Assembly (NCBI GenBank): GCA_963817005.1
Contig: CAWFMN010000004.1
Coordinates: 1,125,358 to 1,189,357, forward strand
Source of the DNA: an uncultured Acidimicrobiaceae bacterium
GTDB lineage: Bacteria > Actinomycetota > Acidimicrobiia > Acidimicrobiales > RAAP-2
DNA: 64,000 bases
Reading direction: 5' to 3'
A program made the translations under genes and the position numbers. Positions 1 through 10,117 of the stretch are shown here, in pieces; the stretch's first letter is position 1; every line of letters begins with the position of its first letter. The notes below the pieces were generated by a model. It saw only the letters and a program-made list of their open reading frames with translations. It had not been told where the DNA came from and ran no database searches.

Positions 1-87
1 ACAAGAGGGCGGCGAGACCCGTGGAACTGCGGCACGAGCGGCCGTCCGACGGCCTGCCTCTTCAAGTCCTGCTCCCCCCGCGCATGC

Positions 88-190
88 CACGGGGCGCACG
101 GGGGCACGGGGGCACGGGGGCACGGGGGCACGGGGCCACGGGGCCACGGGGCCACGGGGCCACGGGGCCACGGGGGCACGGGAGCACGGG
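88..190. repeat. 8-bp microsatellite (GCACGGGG / CCACGGGG) about 12 units; array of G4-G5 tracts on the + strand
   Basis: Direct reading: cacgggggcacgggggcacgggggcacggggccacggggccacgggg... from 88 to 190, period 8. Lies just downstream of the stop (229) of the minus-strand acyl-CoA dehydrogenase remnant. Confidence 0.9.
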
Positions 191-228
191 CATCTGACGC
201 CCTCGGGACGGTACGGCCGGGGATCCCT

Positions 229-1466
229 CTAGCCGGACGCAGGGATCCAGCCGGGCGACGTGGTGCTCCGGCCGCGGGCCACGCTGGAGCCGATGTAGTT
301 GCGCTGGGCCTCGACGGTGCCGGCCCCGATGCACAGCCCCCGGATGTCCCGGTAGGCCCGCTCCAGGGGATACTCACGGCTGTAGCCGTACCCGCCGTGG
401 ATCTGGATGGCCTCGTCGCACACGAACTTGGCGGCCAGGTTGGCAGCCGTCTTGGCCATGGCCGTCTCCAGGGCCGGCGGAGTGCCCCCGGGCCCGGCCA
501 GGCGCACCGCCCGGTCCAGCAGCAGGCGCGCCCCTTCGAGGGCCACGGCCATGTCGGCCAACTTCCACTGCAGCCCCTGGAGGTCGGCGATGGGACGCCC
601 CCCGACGACCCGGTCTCGTTCATGTACCCGGCACCCGTCTCGAGGGCACCCTGGGCGGCCCCCACGCACATGGCGGCGTTGCCGCAGCGCTCGTGGTTGA
701 GGTGGGAGAGCAGCACCTTGAACGGCTCACGTGATGCGAGGGTCCCCGGCCAGCAGCACGTCCTCCTCGGTGATGGCCACGCCGTCGAAGGCGATCTCGG
801 ACTCGGTGGCGGCGTGGATGCCCATGCCCTCGTGCCGCCCGATCAGCGAGACCCCCTCCCGGTCCATGGGGACGATGACCGCCCCGATCCCCTTGGCACC
901 CTCACCGCCCGGCCAGCGGCACCAGACCAGCACGGCCGATGCGGCCACGTGCCGAGCGTCGAGTAGTTCTTGTAACCGTCGAGCCGCCAGCGCGCCGGGG
1001 CCGTCCGCGCTTGAGGGCGGTGCGCATCTCCTGGACCGCCGATCCGGCATCGGGCTCGGTGATCCCGATGCTGATGATGGCCTCGCCGTCGGCCACCGCG
1101 GCAGCCATCGGTCCTTGAGGGCCGGCGAGCCCAGGTGCTCGATCCCCCGCGGCGGGCCGTTGAAGGCCAGTTGGCAGCAGATGGCCGTGGAGACGTCGGA
1201 CGGGCGATCTCCTCCAGCACGATGGCCGCTTCGACGTCCCCGAGACCCGATGCCGCCCCACTGCTCCCCGATCGTGACCCGGAACAGGTCGGCGGCGGCC
1301 ATGGCCGCGTTGGCCGCTCGGCGGCACCTCTCCGGTCTCGTCGTGCTCGGCCGCCCGCGGGCGCCACCTCTCGGGCGGCGACGTCGCGTGCCAGCTGGCG
1401 CAGCGCGGCCTGGTCCTCGGTCTCGGCCAGGAGGTCGTGGCCGGCGTCGGCGTGGTTGGCGGCCAT
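229..1466 (-). pseudogene. acyl-CoA dehydrogenase, reading frame broken at least 4 times
   Basis: Consecutive pieces of one ACAD lie in different minus frames. ORF 843..1508: N-terminus, DGYKNYSTLG. ORF 902..1327: GITEPDAGS. ORF 727..1302: FRVTIGEQWGGIG, VIVPMDREGVSLIGRHEGMGIHAATESEIAFDGV. ORF 229..669: WKLADMAVALEGARLL, QIHGGYGYSREYPLERAYRDIR. ATG at 1466 sits 1 nt after the thiolase stop. Confidence 0.75.
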
Positions 1467-1467
1467 C

Positions 1468-2683
1468 TCAGTCCGGGGCTCGGTGCCGACGACGCCCACG
1501 AAGCTCACGCACTCGCCAGGCGCGCCGCCCGAGGTTGTGGGTGAGTCCGAGGGTGCGGCGTCCTTGGGTCACCGTGGCGATCTGACGCTCCGGCGGGGCC
1601 TCACCCCGCAGCTGCAGCCAGCACTCGAAGAGCATGCGCAGCCCGGAGGCCCCGATCGGGTGGCCGAAGCTCTTGAGGCCGCCGTCGGGGTTGACCGGGA
1701 GCTCCCCGTCGCGGTCGAAGGTGCCGGCCAGCACCTCCTTCCACGCCGTGCCCCGGTCGGCGAAGCCCAGGTCCTCCATCAGCACCAGCTCGGTCGGCGT
1801 GAAGCAGTCGTGCACCTCGGCCATGGCCAGCTGGGACCGGGGGTCGGTGATCCCGGCCTGCTGCGTAGGCGTCGGCGGCCGAGCGGACCACCTCCTCGAA
1901 GCGTGGTGTAGTCGTAGTCGGGGTCGATGGCACCGGCCGCCGGACCGGCCACGAAGGCTGAGCGCCTTCACGTAGAGCGGGGTGTCGGTGTACCGGTGGG
2001 CGTCCTCGGCCCGGCAGATGATGGCCGCAGCCGAGCCGTCACTCACGCCGCTGCAGTCGAACACGCCGAGCTCGACCGGCCACCCGCGGCGACGCGGCGA
2101 TCTTCTCCAGGAGACCTCCTTCTGGAACTGGGCCCGCGGGTTGACGCGCCCCGTTCTGGTGGTTCTTCCAGGCGATGCGGTTCAGCACCGTCCTTCATCT
2201 GTCCTCGGTCGACGCCGTACTTGTGGCAGTACGCCGGGACCAGGAACGAGAAGGCGGCCGGGGAGCGACAGGCGCGGCGTTGGTGCCGTCCCCGACCTCG
2301 CGGATCCCGGTCAGGCCGGAGTAACCCGAGTCCTTCAGCTTCTCCACCCCGATGGCCATGACCAGGTCGTAGGCGCCCGAGGCCACGGCGTAGCAGGCGT
2401 TGCGGAAGGCCTCCGAGCCGGTGGCGCAGAAGTTCTCCACCCGGGTCACCGGCTTGTAGTCGATCTTCAGGGGCTTGGACAGGGTGATACCGCAGACTGC
2501 CCGAGCTCATCGTGCCCAGCCAGAAGGCGTCGATGTCGTCGATGGCCACACCGGCCGAGGCGACTGCACTCCGGTGGCGGCGTCGGTGAGGAGGTCGTCG
2601 ACGCCCTTGTCCCACAGCTCGCCGAAGCGGGTGCAGCCCATCCCGACGATGGCCACCCGGTCGCGGATGCCCGTGCTGCTCAT
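1468..2683 (-). pseudogene. SCP-x / nonspecific lipid-transfer-type thiolase, multiply frameshifted
   Basis: ATG 2683 preceded by AGAAGGAG. Fragments in three frames: MSSTGIRDRVAIVGMGCTRFGE, AGVAIDDIDAFWLGT, VENFCATGSEAFRNACYAVASGAYDLVMAIGVEKL, FLVPAYCHKYGV, FDCSGVSDGSAAAIICRAEDA, HDCFTPTELVLMEDLGF, GLKSFGHPIGASGLRM. Confidence 0.7.
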
Positions 2684-4188
2684 GACGTTGCCGCTCCTTC
2701 TGGTCGACCTGCCCGGCGGCTCGGCTCCCGGATCCGTGCCGCCCGCTCTCGAGGCTGCGTCGGCCGGACGGGCCTTCCAGAAGTAATTGTGCACACCCTG
2801 GGCGCTGTACAGGCGCCGGAAGGTCATGGCCACCCGGTCGCCGACGGCCACGGCGTCGGGGTCGACGTCGGTCATCTCGCACCGGTACCGTCCACCGCCG
2901 TCGAAGTCGATGACGACGCCGACCATCGGGGGCGACAGGCTGAAGGCCAGGCGGTCGATGGTGTAGGTGGCGACGGTGCCCTGGCACGTCGGCCATACGC
3001 TCGGGCTCCATCTGGTCGACGGCCTGACAGGAGAGGCAGACCCGGGTGGGCGGCAGGTGGCGGAAGCCGCAGACCAGGCAGCGGCTGGCGTTGAAGCCGT
3101 ACTTCCACCGCTCGGTAGCGGTGGCCGGGGCATCGGGGCGCTCGGGGTCGGGCCGCCGTGGCGGCTCCCGGTGCACCTGGCCCCGCCACGACAGGAAGAC
3201 GGCGTACGACAGGTCGTCGCGACCGTCGCCGACCAGCTCGGCCACCGGACGCAGGCCGGCCTGCCGTCGGGCCTCCTGGACCGCCGGACAGACGCCCGGT
3301 CGTGCGCAGCACCACGGCGTCGGCACCGTCGGCCACCTCCACCACGACGATGACCTGCCCGGCGCCGGCCCGCTCGAGCACGTCGGCCAGCGCCAGGCCG
3401 GCCTGCGCCGCCCCGAGGTTGCCGATCAGGCCGGTGTGGTCAGGCACCACCCGTTCGGCGACCACCCCGAGCGACTTCTTCAGGGTGGCCACGGCCCGGG
3501 CGTGCAGCCCGGTGACGATCAGGTGGTCGACGTCTCCGCGGCTCCAGGCCGGCATCGGCCAGGGCGCCGGTCGAAGGCCGCGCGGGCCAGCGGCACGTAG
3601 ACCTCCTCGCCGAAGCGCTCCTCCCACTGACGTGCGAGTCGGTCTCCCCCGGCACCCGCCACCGGTCGAGGAACTCGTCGCTGGCCGACGGCGTGCCCGA
3701 GCAGCTCGGCCACGCCGCCCTCCGGGGCGAAGAGAAAGGCCACCGCGCCGTCGCCCCCCTGGCGTCTCGTCGGGCCCACCGGGCAGGCCGGTGCGCAGGT
3801 CGGAGACCACGGCGAGCGCCGGGGCCCGAGATCCGGCCAGCGCGGCCAGCTGGACGGTGGCCCAGCTCGAGCGCACCGAACCAGCAGAGGTCGTAGGCGC
3901 CGGTGCCGGCGGCCAGCCCCAGTGCCGGCGTGGACCGTCGTGGCGTTGGTCTTGTCCAGATAGGCCGGGTCGGGGTGGAGAAGAACAGGTCCTGCAGGCC
4001 CCGGTGCACCGGGACACGGCCAGCGCACGTCGCCCGGCCTCGACCGCCATCGAGGTCGTGTCCTCGTCGTAGGAGGCCACGGCCCGGGTCCCCCGGCCCC
4101 CACCCGTGCCGAAGGCCTGTCCGATGGCTTGGCGCTGGAGCCGCCAGTACGGGAGGTAGACGCCCCACGACACGATTCCCGCTTCCAT
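2684..4188 (-). pseudogene. HMG-CoA-synthase-like condensing enzyme running without a stop into a DUF35 Zn-ribbon/OB-fold domain; several frameshifts
   Basis: ORF 2872..4188: MEAGIVSWGVYLPYWRL..ASYDEDTTSMAVEA..DHLIVTGLHARA..NLGAAQAGLALADVLE. ORF 2043..3326: tail LSYAVFLSWRG continues in frame into RCLVCGFRHLPPTRVCLSC (zinc ribbon). ORF 2507..3133: GTVATYTIDRL..VVIDFDGGGRYRCEMTDV..VGDRVAMTFRR (OB fold). The C-terminal boundary is uncertain because no stop separates it from the thiolase ATG in the given sequence. Confidence 0.6.
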
Positions 4189-4261
4189 TCGGACCTCTCT
4201 CTTCTCTGGCTCTGACGGTGTGCTTCAGTACTTCGCCGCCCAGTTGCTGCGGTTCTTCTGC

Positions 4262-4322
4262 TTCGGTGTTTCGGTGTTTCGGTGTTTCGGTGTTTCGGTG
4301 TTTCGGTGTTTCGGTGTTTCGG
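4262..4322. repeat. 8-bp microsatellite (TTCGGTGT) x7 plus a partial unit
   Basis: Direct reading 4262-4322. Intergenic: downstream of the acyl-CoA ligase stop (4346) and 74 nt upstream of the HMGCS-like start (4188). Confidence 0.95.
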
Positions 4323-4345
4323 CGCAGGCGACGGTGCGTGGGCCC

Positions 4346-5895
4346 TCAGCGCTCGGCCACGACCAGATCGGCCGCCCGGGACCGGAGGGCCTGGCGGTCG
4401 GGCTTGCCGACACCGAGAAGCGGGATCTCGTCGAGGTGGACCACCAGCTCGGGGGTCTTGAACCGGGCCATCCCCTGGTCGGCGAACCACCGGCGGCACT
4501 CGCTGACGTCGATGGACTCGCTTCCCACCACGAAGGCGGCCACCCGTTCGCCGAGGCGACGGTCGGGACAGCCCACCACCACGGCCTGACGCACACCGGG
4601 ATGCTGCTCGAGCACCCGCTCCACCTCGGCCGAGGCGATGTTCTCCCCCCGCGAATGATCAGTTCCTTCAGGCGTCCGACGATCGAGAGGCAGCCGTCCG
4701 GGTCGAGCACACCGAGGTCCCCGGTGGCGAACCACCCCCGGCGGACGGCTGCTCTGGTCTGGTACTCCTCTCCGTACCCGATGAAGAGCTCCGGGCCCCG
4801 CACCAGGACCTCGCCGCGCTGGCCTGCCGGGACCGGTCGATCGGTCGCCGGGTCGACCACCCGCACCTCCCCCTCCCCCACCGAGTGGCCGTCGGTGTCA
4901 CGGGCCCGGTCGGGTGGATCGTCGAAGTTGCTGGTCGTGATGGTGGGAGCCTCAGTGGACCCGTAGGTCCGCTTGACCATGGCCCCGAGGGCCTCCCGGG
5001 CGGTCTCGATGAACTCGGGGGTGACCCCCATGGCTCCGCAGGACACCACCCGCAGGCTCCGCACCTGCTCGTGGTAGCCGGGCACCTCCATCATCCCCAC
5101 GAAGAGGGTGGGCGGCCCGATCATGAAGGAGACGCCGTACTGGCCGGCCAGGCGGACACCCAACTCGGCGTTCCAACGCTCCATCAGGACCACCGTCATG
5201 CCCGCGGCGCCCGGCACCAGGACCGTGTTGAGCAGGCCGGACACGTGGGCCAGGGGGGACGGCAGGAGGCCCACGTCGGCCGCGGTCAGGCCGTGGGCCC
5301 GGACCATCGACCGGGCCTTGTAGGCCAGGCTCCGGTGCGTGTGGAGCACGGCCTTGGGCTGGCCGGTCGAGCCCGACGTGAACAGGACCACGGCGATGTC
5401 GGACCCCTTGGCCACCCCGTGGGTCAGGGGCGGTGCCGACAGCAGGGCGTCGAAACGGGAGTCGCGCCCCCTCACCCCGATGGCGTCCACCAGCCCGGCC
5501 AGCGGTTGACCCGGTGTGCTGAGGGCCACGGTCGGTGCGAGCTCCTCGAGGGCCCGGGCCACTTCGGCCGGCCCCACCTGGTGGTGGAGGGGGGCTGCCA
5601 CCGCTCCGCACCGCCAACAGGCCCGGAAGAGCACCACCGCCTCCCACCAGTTGGGCAGCTGCCAGGTCACCACGCTCCCGCGCCGGACGCCCAGCCGGGC
5701 CAGGCCGCCCGCCACCGAGGACACCAGTCCCTCGAAGGTGCCGGCATCCAGCCGTACGTCGCCGTCCACGACGGCCACGCGGGCGGTCGGCCCGGACGAG
5801 CCGAGGAGCGCGTCGAGGGTGGGCACATCCCAGGCCCCCCCAGGGCGGCGGTACCGGGCCGCGCCGGGTTGGCGGTAGGTGGTGCGGAGCCTCAC
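4346..5895 (-). CDS. AMP-dependent acyl-CoA synthetase/ligase; one frameshift in the C6 run at 4645-4650
   Basis: ORF 4225..5895: VLFTSGSTGQPKAV, TYGSTEAP, GDLGVLDPDGCLSIVGRLKELIIRGG. The protein then continues in ORF 4346..4735: ENIASAEVERVLEQHPGVRQAVVVG..FKTPELVVHLDEIPLLGVGKPDR. Confidence 0.8.
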
Positions 5896-5919
5896 GTGGT
5901 CATCTCCGGGACTGCGCGG

Positions 5920-6849
5920 TCAGCGCGCCGGTACCGACCCTTCCACCGCGTCCTTCTCGGACAGCCGGACCGGCGGGGCGGACCGCCAGCTGGGGATGCC
6001 GTCCTGCTCCTCGGCCACCGGGTACTTGGACTCGTGGATCTCGGCCCAGTGGGAGTGGTTGAGCTGGTGGAGGGTGAAGCAGGCCTGCAGGGAGTTGTAG
6101 AAGCCCATGTTGTCGACGGTCTGGTTGACCGACTCCTTGATGAGGAGGGCGGTCACCGTCGGCAGTTCGGCGATGCGTCGGGCGTAGGCCAGCGTCCGCT
6201 CCTGCAGGTCGTCCACCGGGAAGACCTTGCTGACCATGCCGAGTCGGTGGGCCTCGTGGACGTCGATGGCGTCACCGGTGAGCATGAGCTCCTTGGTCCG
6301 CCGTGGACCGAACTCCCACGGGTGGCCGAAGTACTCCACGCCGCACATGCCGAGCCGGGTGCCGACCACGTCGGCGAAGTACACGTTGTCGGCGGCCACG
6401 ATGAGGTCGCAGGCCCACATGAGCATCAGGCCGGCGGCGTACACCGTCCCCTGGACCTGGGCGATCGTGATCTTGCGGAGGTTCCGCCATCGCAGGGTGT
6501 TCGGGAAGTAGTAGTGCCACTCCTGGAGCATGCGCTGCTCGGCGCCCACGCGGGTGCCGCCGTTGATGGTGGTCGACCGGTGCTGGTCGGGCCCGGGCGT
6601 CCGCTCGGCAACTGCCTCCTTGGAGCCCATGTCGTGGCCCGAGGAGAAGAGCGGGCCCACCCCGCCGAGGATCACGACCCGGACCTTGTCGTCCTCCTCG
6701 GCACGGAGGAAGGCCTCGTCCAGCTCGACCAGCAGGCCTCGGTTCTGGGCGTTTCGGGTCTCGGGCCGGTTGAGGAGGATGCGCACGATGGCACCGTCGT
6801 CGAGCTCCTCGTAGGAGATGTACTTGCCTTGTTGGGGGGCGTCGGGCAT
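5920..6849 (-). CDS. enoyl-CoA hydratase/isomerase (crotonase) family
   Basis: Intact 309-aa ORF: IVRILLNRPETRNAQN, VVILGGVGPLFSSGHDMG, IAQVQGTVYAAGLMLMWACDLIVA. Confidence 0.9.
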   Translation of the reverse strand: MPDAPQQGKYISYEELDDGAIVRILLNRPETRNAQNRGLLVELDEAFLRAEEDDKVRVVILGGVGPLFSSGHDMGSKEAVAERTPGPDQHRSTTINGGTRVGAEQRMLQEWHYYFPNTLRWRNLRKITIAQVQGTVYAAGLMLMWACDLIVAADNVYFADVVGTRLGMCGVEYFGHPWEFGPRRTKELMLTGDAIDVHEAHRLGMVSKVFPVDDLQERTLAYARRIAELPTVTALLIKESVNQTVDNMGFYNSLQACFTLHQLNHSHWAEIHESKYPVAEEQDGIPSWRSAPPVRLSEKDAVEGSVPAR

Positions 6850-7033
6850 GGCTCTTCTACTCCTCGTCGGTTCTAGACATCGATCGTGCTACACATCGGC
6901 GGACTCATCGATCGGCGCCGCCACGCTATACCTCGGCTCCCGCCCCCCCCGACGGGACCTACGACCAGGTCCGGGCGGGCCCTGTCGGTCCCCGGCAACA
7001 CCCCACGCCACGGGGCGGTCCCACAGCCCGGCG

Positions 7034-8578
7034 TTACCCCGGCTCACCCCGGCCGTCCCCGGCCGGCTCCGGCTCGGGCCCGTCCCGCTCCTCGACCAGG
7101 GCGGCCCGGTTGAACTTCATCGCCTCGCTCCGAGGGATGGCGTCCACGAACTCGACCGTCTTGGGAGCCTTGTAGGGCGCCAGGCGCTCCCGGGCGAAGC
7201 TCGTCACCCCCGCGACGTCCAGGGTCGGATCGGACCGCTGCACGATGGCGTGGACCCGCCGGCCCCACTCCGGGTCCCGCAGCCCCACAACCACCACGTC
7301 GGCGATGCCCGGATGCTCGCTGAGGGCCGCCTCGACCTCGGCCGGGAAGACGTTGGCGGCCCCGGTGACGATCATGTCGACCCTGCGGTCGGCCATGTAG
7401 AGGAAGCCGTCATCGTCCAGCCACCCGAGGTCACCCACCGACGTGAAGCCGTCCTTCGTGGTGTCCATGGGCTTGACGTCGGTCCCGACGTACGAGGCCG
7501 TCGGCCCGGTCGGAGTGCGCAGGTAGATGCCACCGACCTCACCGGCGGGGAGCCGCTCCCCGGTCTCTGAGAGCACGGCGATCTCCGTGTCCGACATCCC
7601 CCGGCCCAGGGTGCCCGGGTGGGCCAGCCACTGGTCCCCGCGGCACACCACGAGGCCGAAGCCCTCCGAGGCGCCGTACGACAGGAAGAAGTGCTCCGGT
7701 CCCACGAGCCCGATCCACTGACGGCCGAGCCAGATGGGCAGCGGCGAGGCTCCCTGCTGGACCCAGGTCAGGCTGGACAGGTCCCGGTCCTCGAACCCGG
7801 GGACCTGGGCCAGGCGTTGCAACATGGGGGTGGCGGCGATGAAGCCGGTGATCCGGTGACGTTCGATGAGGTCCAGCACCAGGGGGGCCTTGAACCGCTC
7901 CAGAAGGACGACCTGGTCCCCACCCAGCAGGGTACGGAAGACCGTGAACCCGTTGGTGTGGTAGATCGGGGCCGGGCACAGCACCAGCTGAGGCCGCTCC
8001 ATGGGCCCGAATTCGGACACCACCATCGACGTCACGTTGGTGGAGTGCAAGAAGACCCCCGGCTGGTTTCCCAGGATGACCTTGGGGGTACCGGTGGAGC
8101 CCGAGCTGCACACCCCCGAGGCCCGTGGGGCGATGACCTCGGGGAGCCGGGTGGTGGGGGCGCTGACGCTGCCCCGGATCAGATCCAGCTGGTCGGTACC
8201 GATGGTCAGGACGGGGTCGAGCACCTCGAGGACGCGGGAGCGCTCCCACTCGGGAAGATCCCAACGGACCGGGACCACCGTGGCCCCGAGCTTCCAGCCG
8301 GCGAACCCGGCCAGCAGGCTGTCCAGCGAGTTGGGCAGGCCCATGGCCAGGCGGTCGCCGACACCGAGACCCTGTTGGGCGAAGACGTGAGCCAGCTGGG
8401 TCGACCGGGTGTCCAACTGGCGCCAGCCCATCGTCAGCTCGGCCCCGTCGACACCAACGAAGATGACCGCCCGTTCGTCCCCCCGCTCGTCGGCCAGCTG
8501 GCCGAGCCGGGTCCCGTAGGGCACCTCATCCTGTGCCGGGGCCGAATTCACCCGCTCATCACCCAATTCGGACCCCAC
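7034..8578 (-). CDS. AMP-dependent synthetase/ligase (acyl-CoA ligase family)
   Basis: ORF 7034..8641: CSSGSTGTPKVIL, SYGASEGFG, VGDLGWLDDDGFLYMADRRVDMIVTGAANVFPAEVE, YKAPKTVEFVDAIPRSEAMKFNR. Start is uncertain; GTG 8578 was chosen because GGAGG lies about 12 nt upstream. Confidence 0.85.
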   Translation of the reverse strand: MGSELGDERVNSAPAQDEVPYGTRLGQLADERGDERAVIFVGVDGAELTMGWRQLDTRSTQLAHVFAQQGLGVGDRLAMGLPNSLDSLLAGFAGWKLGATVVPVRWDLPEWERSRVLEVLDPVLTIGTDQLDLIRGSVSAPTTRLPEVIAPRASGVCSSGSTGTPKVILGNQPGVFLHSTNVTSMVVSEFGPMERPQLVLCPAPIYHTNGFTVFRTLLGGDQVVLLERFKAPLVLDLIERHRITGFIAATPMLQRLAQVPGFEDRDLSSLTWVQQGASPLPIWLGRQWIGLVGPEHFFLSYGASEGFGLVVCRGDQWLAHPGTLGRGMSDTEIAVLSETGERLPAGEVGGIYLRTPTGPTASYVGTDVKPMDTTKDGFTSVGDLGWLDDDGFLYMADRRVDMIVTGAANVFPAEVEAALSEHPGIADVVVVGLRDPEWGRRVHAIVQRSDPTLDVAGVTSFARERLAPYKAPKTVEFVDAIPRSEAMKFNRAALVEERDGPEPEPAGDGRGEPG

Positions 8579-8815
8579 GCTCCCTCTGCACCTCCGTCGG
8601 ACCGGTGGGATGGTAGCGCGCAAAGGCCATTTCCACCTCAACGCGGGGGCTGTTAGCTTGTGAGGAGAAGCGGTGTATCACGCAGTCGCTGGGGGGTCCT
8701 GAGCCGCTCGGGCCGTGGGAATCGGGCCCCTGCAATCGGGCCTCGGGATCGGGCCTCGGGGGAGCAGGTCCTCAGCACGGCTCGATGACACGGCTCGATG
8801 ACAAGGAGCACGACC

Positions 8816-10012
8816 ATGCCACGACCGATCGACTTCCCGGTCTTCGACGCAGACAACCACATGTACGAGACCACCGACGCGTTCACCAAGTACCTCCCGT
8901 CCGAATACGACGGCCTGATCCAGTACGTCGAGGTCAACGGTCGCACCAAGATCGCCGTCAAGGGCCAGATCAGCGAGTACATTCCCAATCCGACCTTCTC
9001 GGTGGTGGCGGCTCCCGGCGCCCAGGAGGAGTACTTCCGCAGCGGCAACCCGGAAGGGAAGAGCCGTCGGGAGATCATGGGCAAGCCCATCCGGTCCCTC
9101 CCGGCCTTCATGGAGCCCGGCCCCCGACTCGAGCTGATGGATGAGCTGGGCCTCGATCGGGCCCTCATGTGGCCGACCCTGGCCAGCCTGCTCGAGGAGC
9201 GGCTCCGGGGCGACCCCCTGTCCACCCACGCCGTGGTGCACGCCCTCAACGAGTGGATGGCCGAGCACTGGACGTTCAACTACGAGAACCGCATCTTCCC
9301 GACGCCCGTGATCCACCTGGGCATCGTCGACAAGGCCATCGAGGAGCTCGAGTGGGTGCTCGAGCGGGGGGCGAAGATTCTGCTCATCCGGCCGGCACCG
9401 GTCTACGGGTTCATGGGACCTCGTTCGCCGGCCCTCCCCGAGTTCGACCCGTTCTGGAAGCTCGTGGCCGAGGCCGACCTCCCGGTGGGCATGCACGCCT
9501 CCGACTCGGGCTACCAGCGGTACCTGAACGAGTGGGAGGGGATCACCGACGAGATGACGCCGTTCAAGGGAGGATCGGGCTTCCAGGCCGTCGTGTCCCA
9601 CATGAGCCGACCCATCACCGACACGGTGGCCTCCCTCATCGGCCACGGGTTGTGCTCCCGCTTCCCCACCCTCCGCTTCGCCCCGGTGGAGAACGGCAGC
9701 GGCTGGGTCCGCCCCCTACTCCGGGACCTGGAGCACGCCTACACGGTCGCCCCCAACGCCTTCGACGAGGATCCGGTCGTCGCGTTCAGGCGGAACATCT
9801 ACGTCCATCCGTTCCACGAGGAGGACCCCATCGGCCTGGTGGAGCTACTCGGCGCCGACCGGGTCCTGTTCGGGTCGGACTACCCCCATCCCGAGGGCCT
9901 CGCCGACCCCCTGAGCTTCGTGGACGAGCTGTCCTCCCTCCCCCAGGGGGACGTGGCCAAGATCATGGGTGGGAACCTCAACCGGCTGATGAAGTTGGAC
10001 CAGGCCGCCTGA
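8816..10012 (+). CDS. amidohydrolase-2 family metal-dependent hydrolase
   Basis: PIDFPVFDADNHMYE near the N-terminus and LFGSDYPHPEG near the C-terminus. ATG 8816 is preceded by AAGGAG at a 7-nt spacing; the ORF track starts at 8798. Confidence 0.85.
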   Translation: MPRPIDFPVFDADNHMYETTDAFTKYLPSEYDGLIQYVEVNGRTKIAVKGQISEYIPNPTFSVVAAPGAQEEYFRSGNPEGKSRREIMGKPIRSLPAFMEPGPRLELMDELGLDRALMWPTLASLLEERLRGDPLSTHAVVHALNEWMAEHWTFNYENRIFPTPVIHLGIVDKAIEELEWVLERGAKILLIRPAPVYGFMGPRSPALPEFDPFWKLVAEADLPVGMHASDSGYQRYLNEWEGITDEMTPFKGGSGFQAVVSHMSRPITDTVASLIGHGLCSRFPTLRFAPVENGSGWVRPLLRDLEHAYTVAPNAFDEDPVVAFRRNIYVHPFHEEDPIGLVELLGADRVLFGSDYPHPEGLADPLSFVDELSSLPQGDVAKIMGGNLNRLMKLDQAA

Positions 10013-10117
10013 CGGCGGGTCCGACTCGACCGTCGCCCTTCCCGCCGGGTCCGACCCCCCACCGGCCTGCCCGTCCTGAAGGATCGGGCCAGGCGGCGGT
10101 GAGCCGGGGGTTGCCCC

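Noticed and set aside
4885-6876. 663-aa ORF on the + strand. Similar long ORFs occur elsewhere: 42570..44435 (-), 44299..45834 (-), 49882..51597 (-), 8678..9646 (-), 27442..28425 (-).
   Set aside because: They run antisense to genes with clear conserved motifs. They are Arg/Gly/Pro/His-rich with no recognisable domains, which is typical of shadow ORFs in 70% GC DNA.
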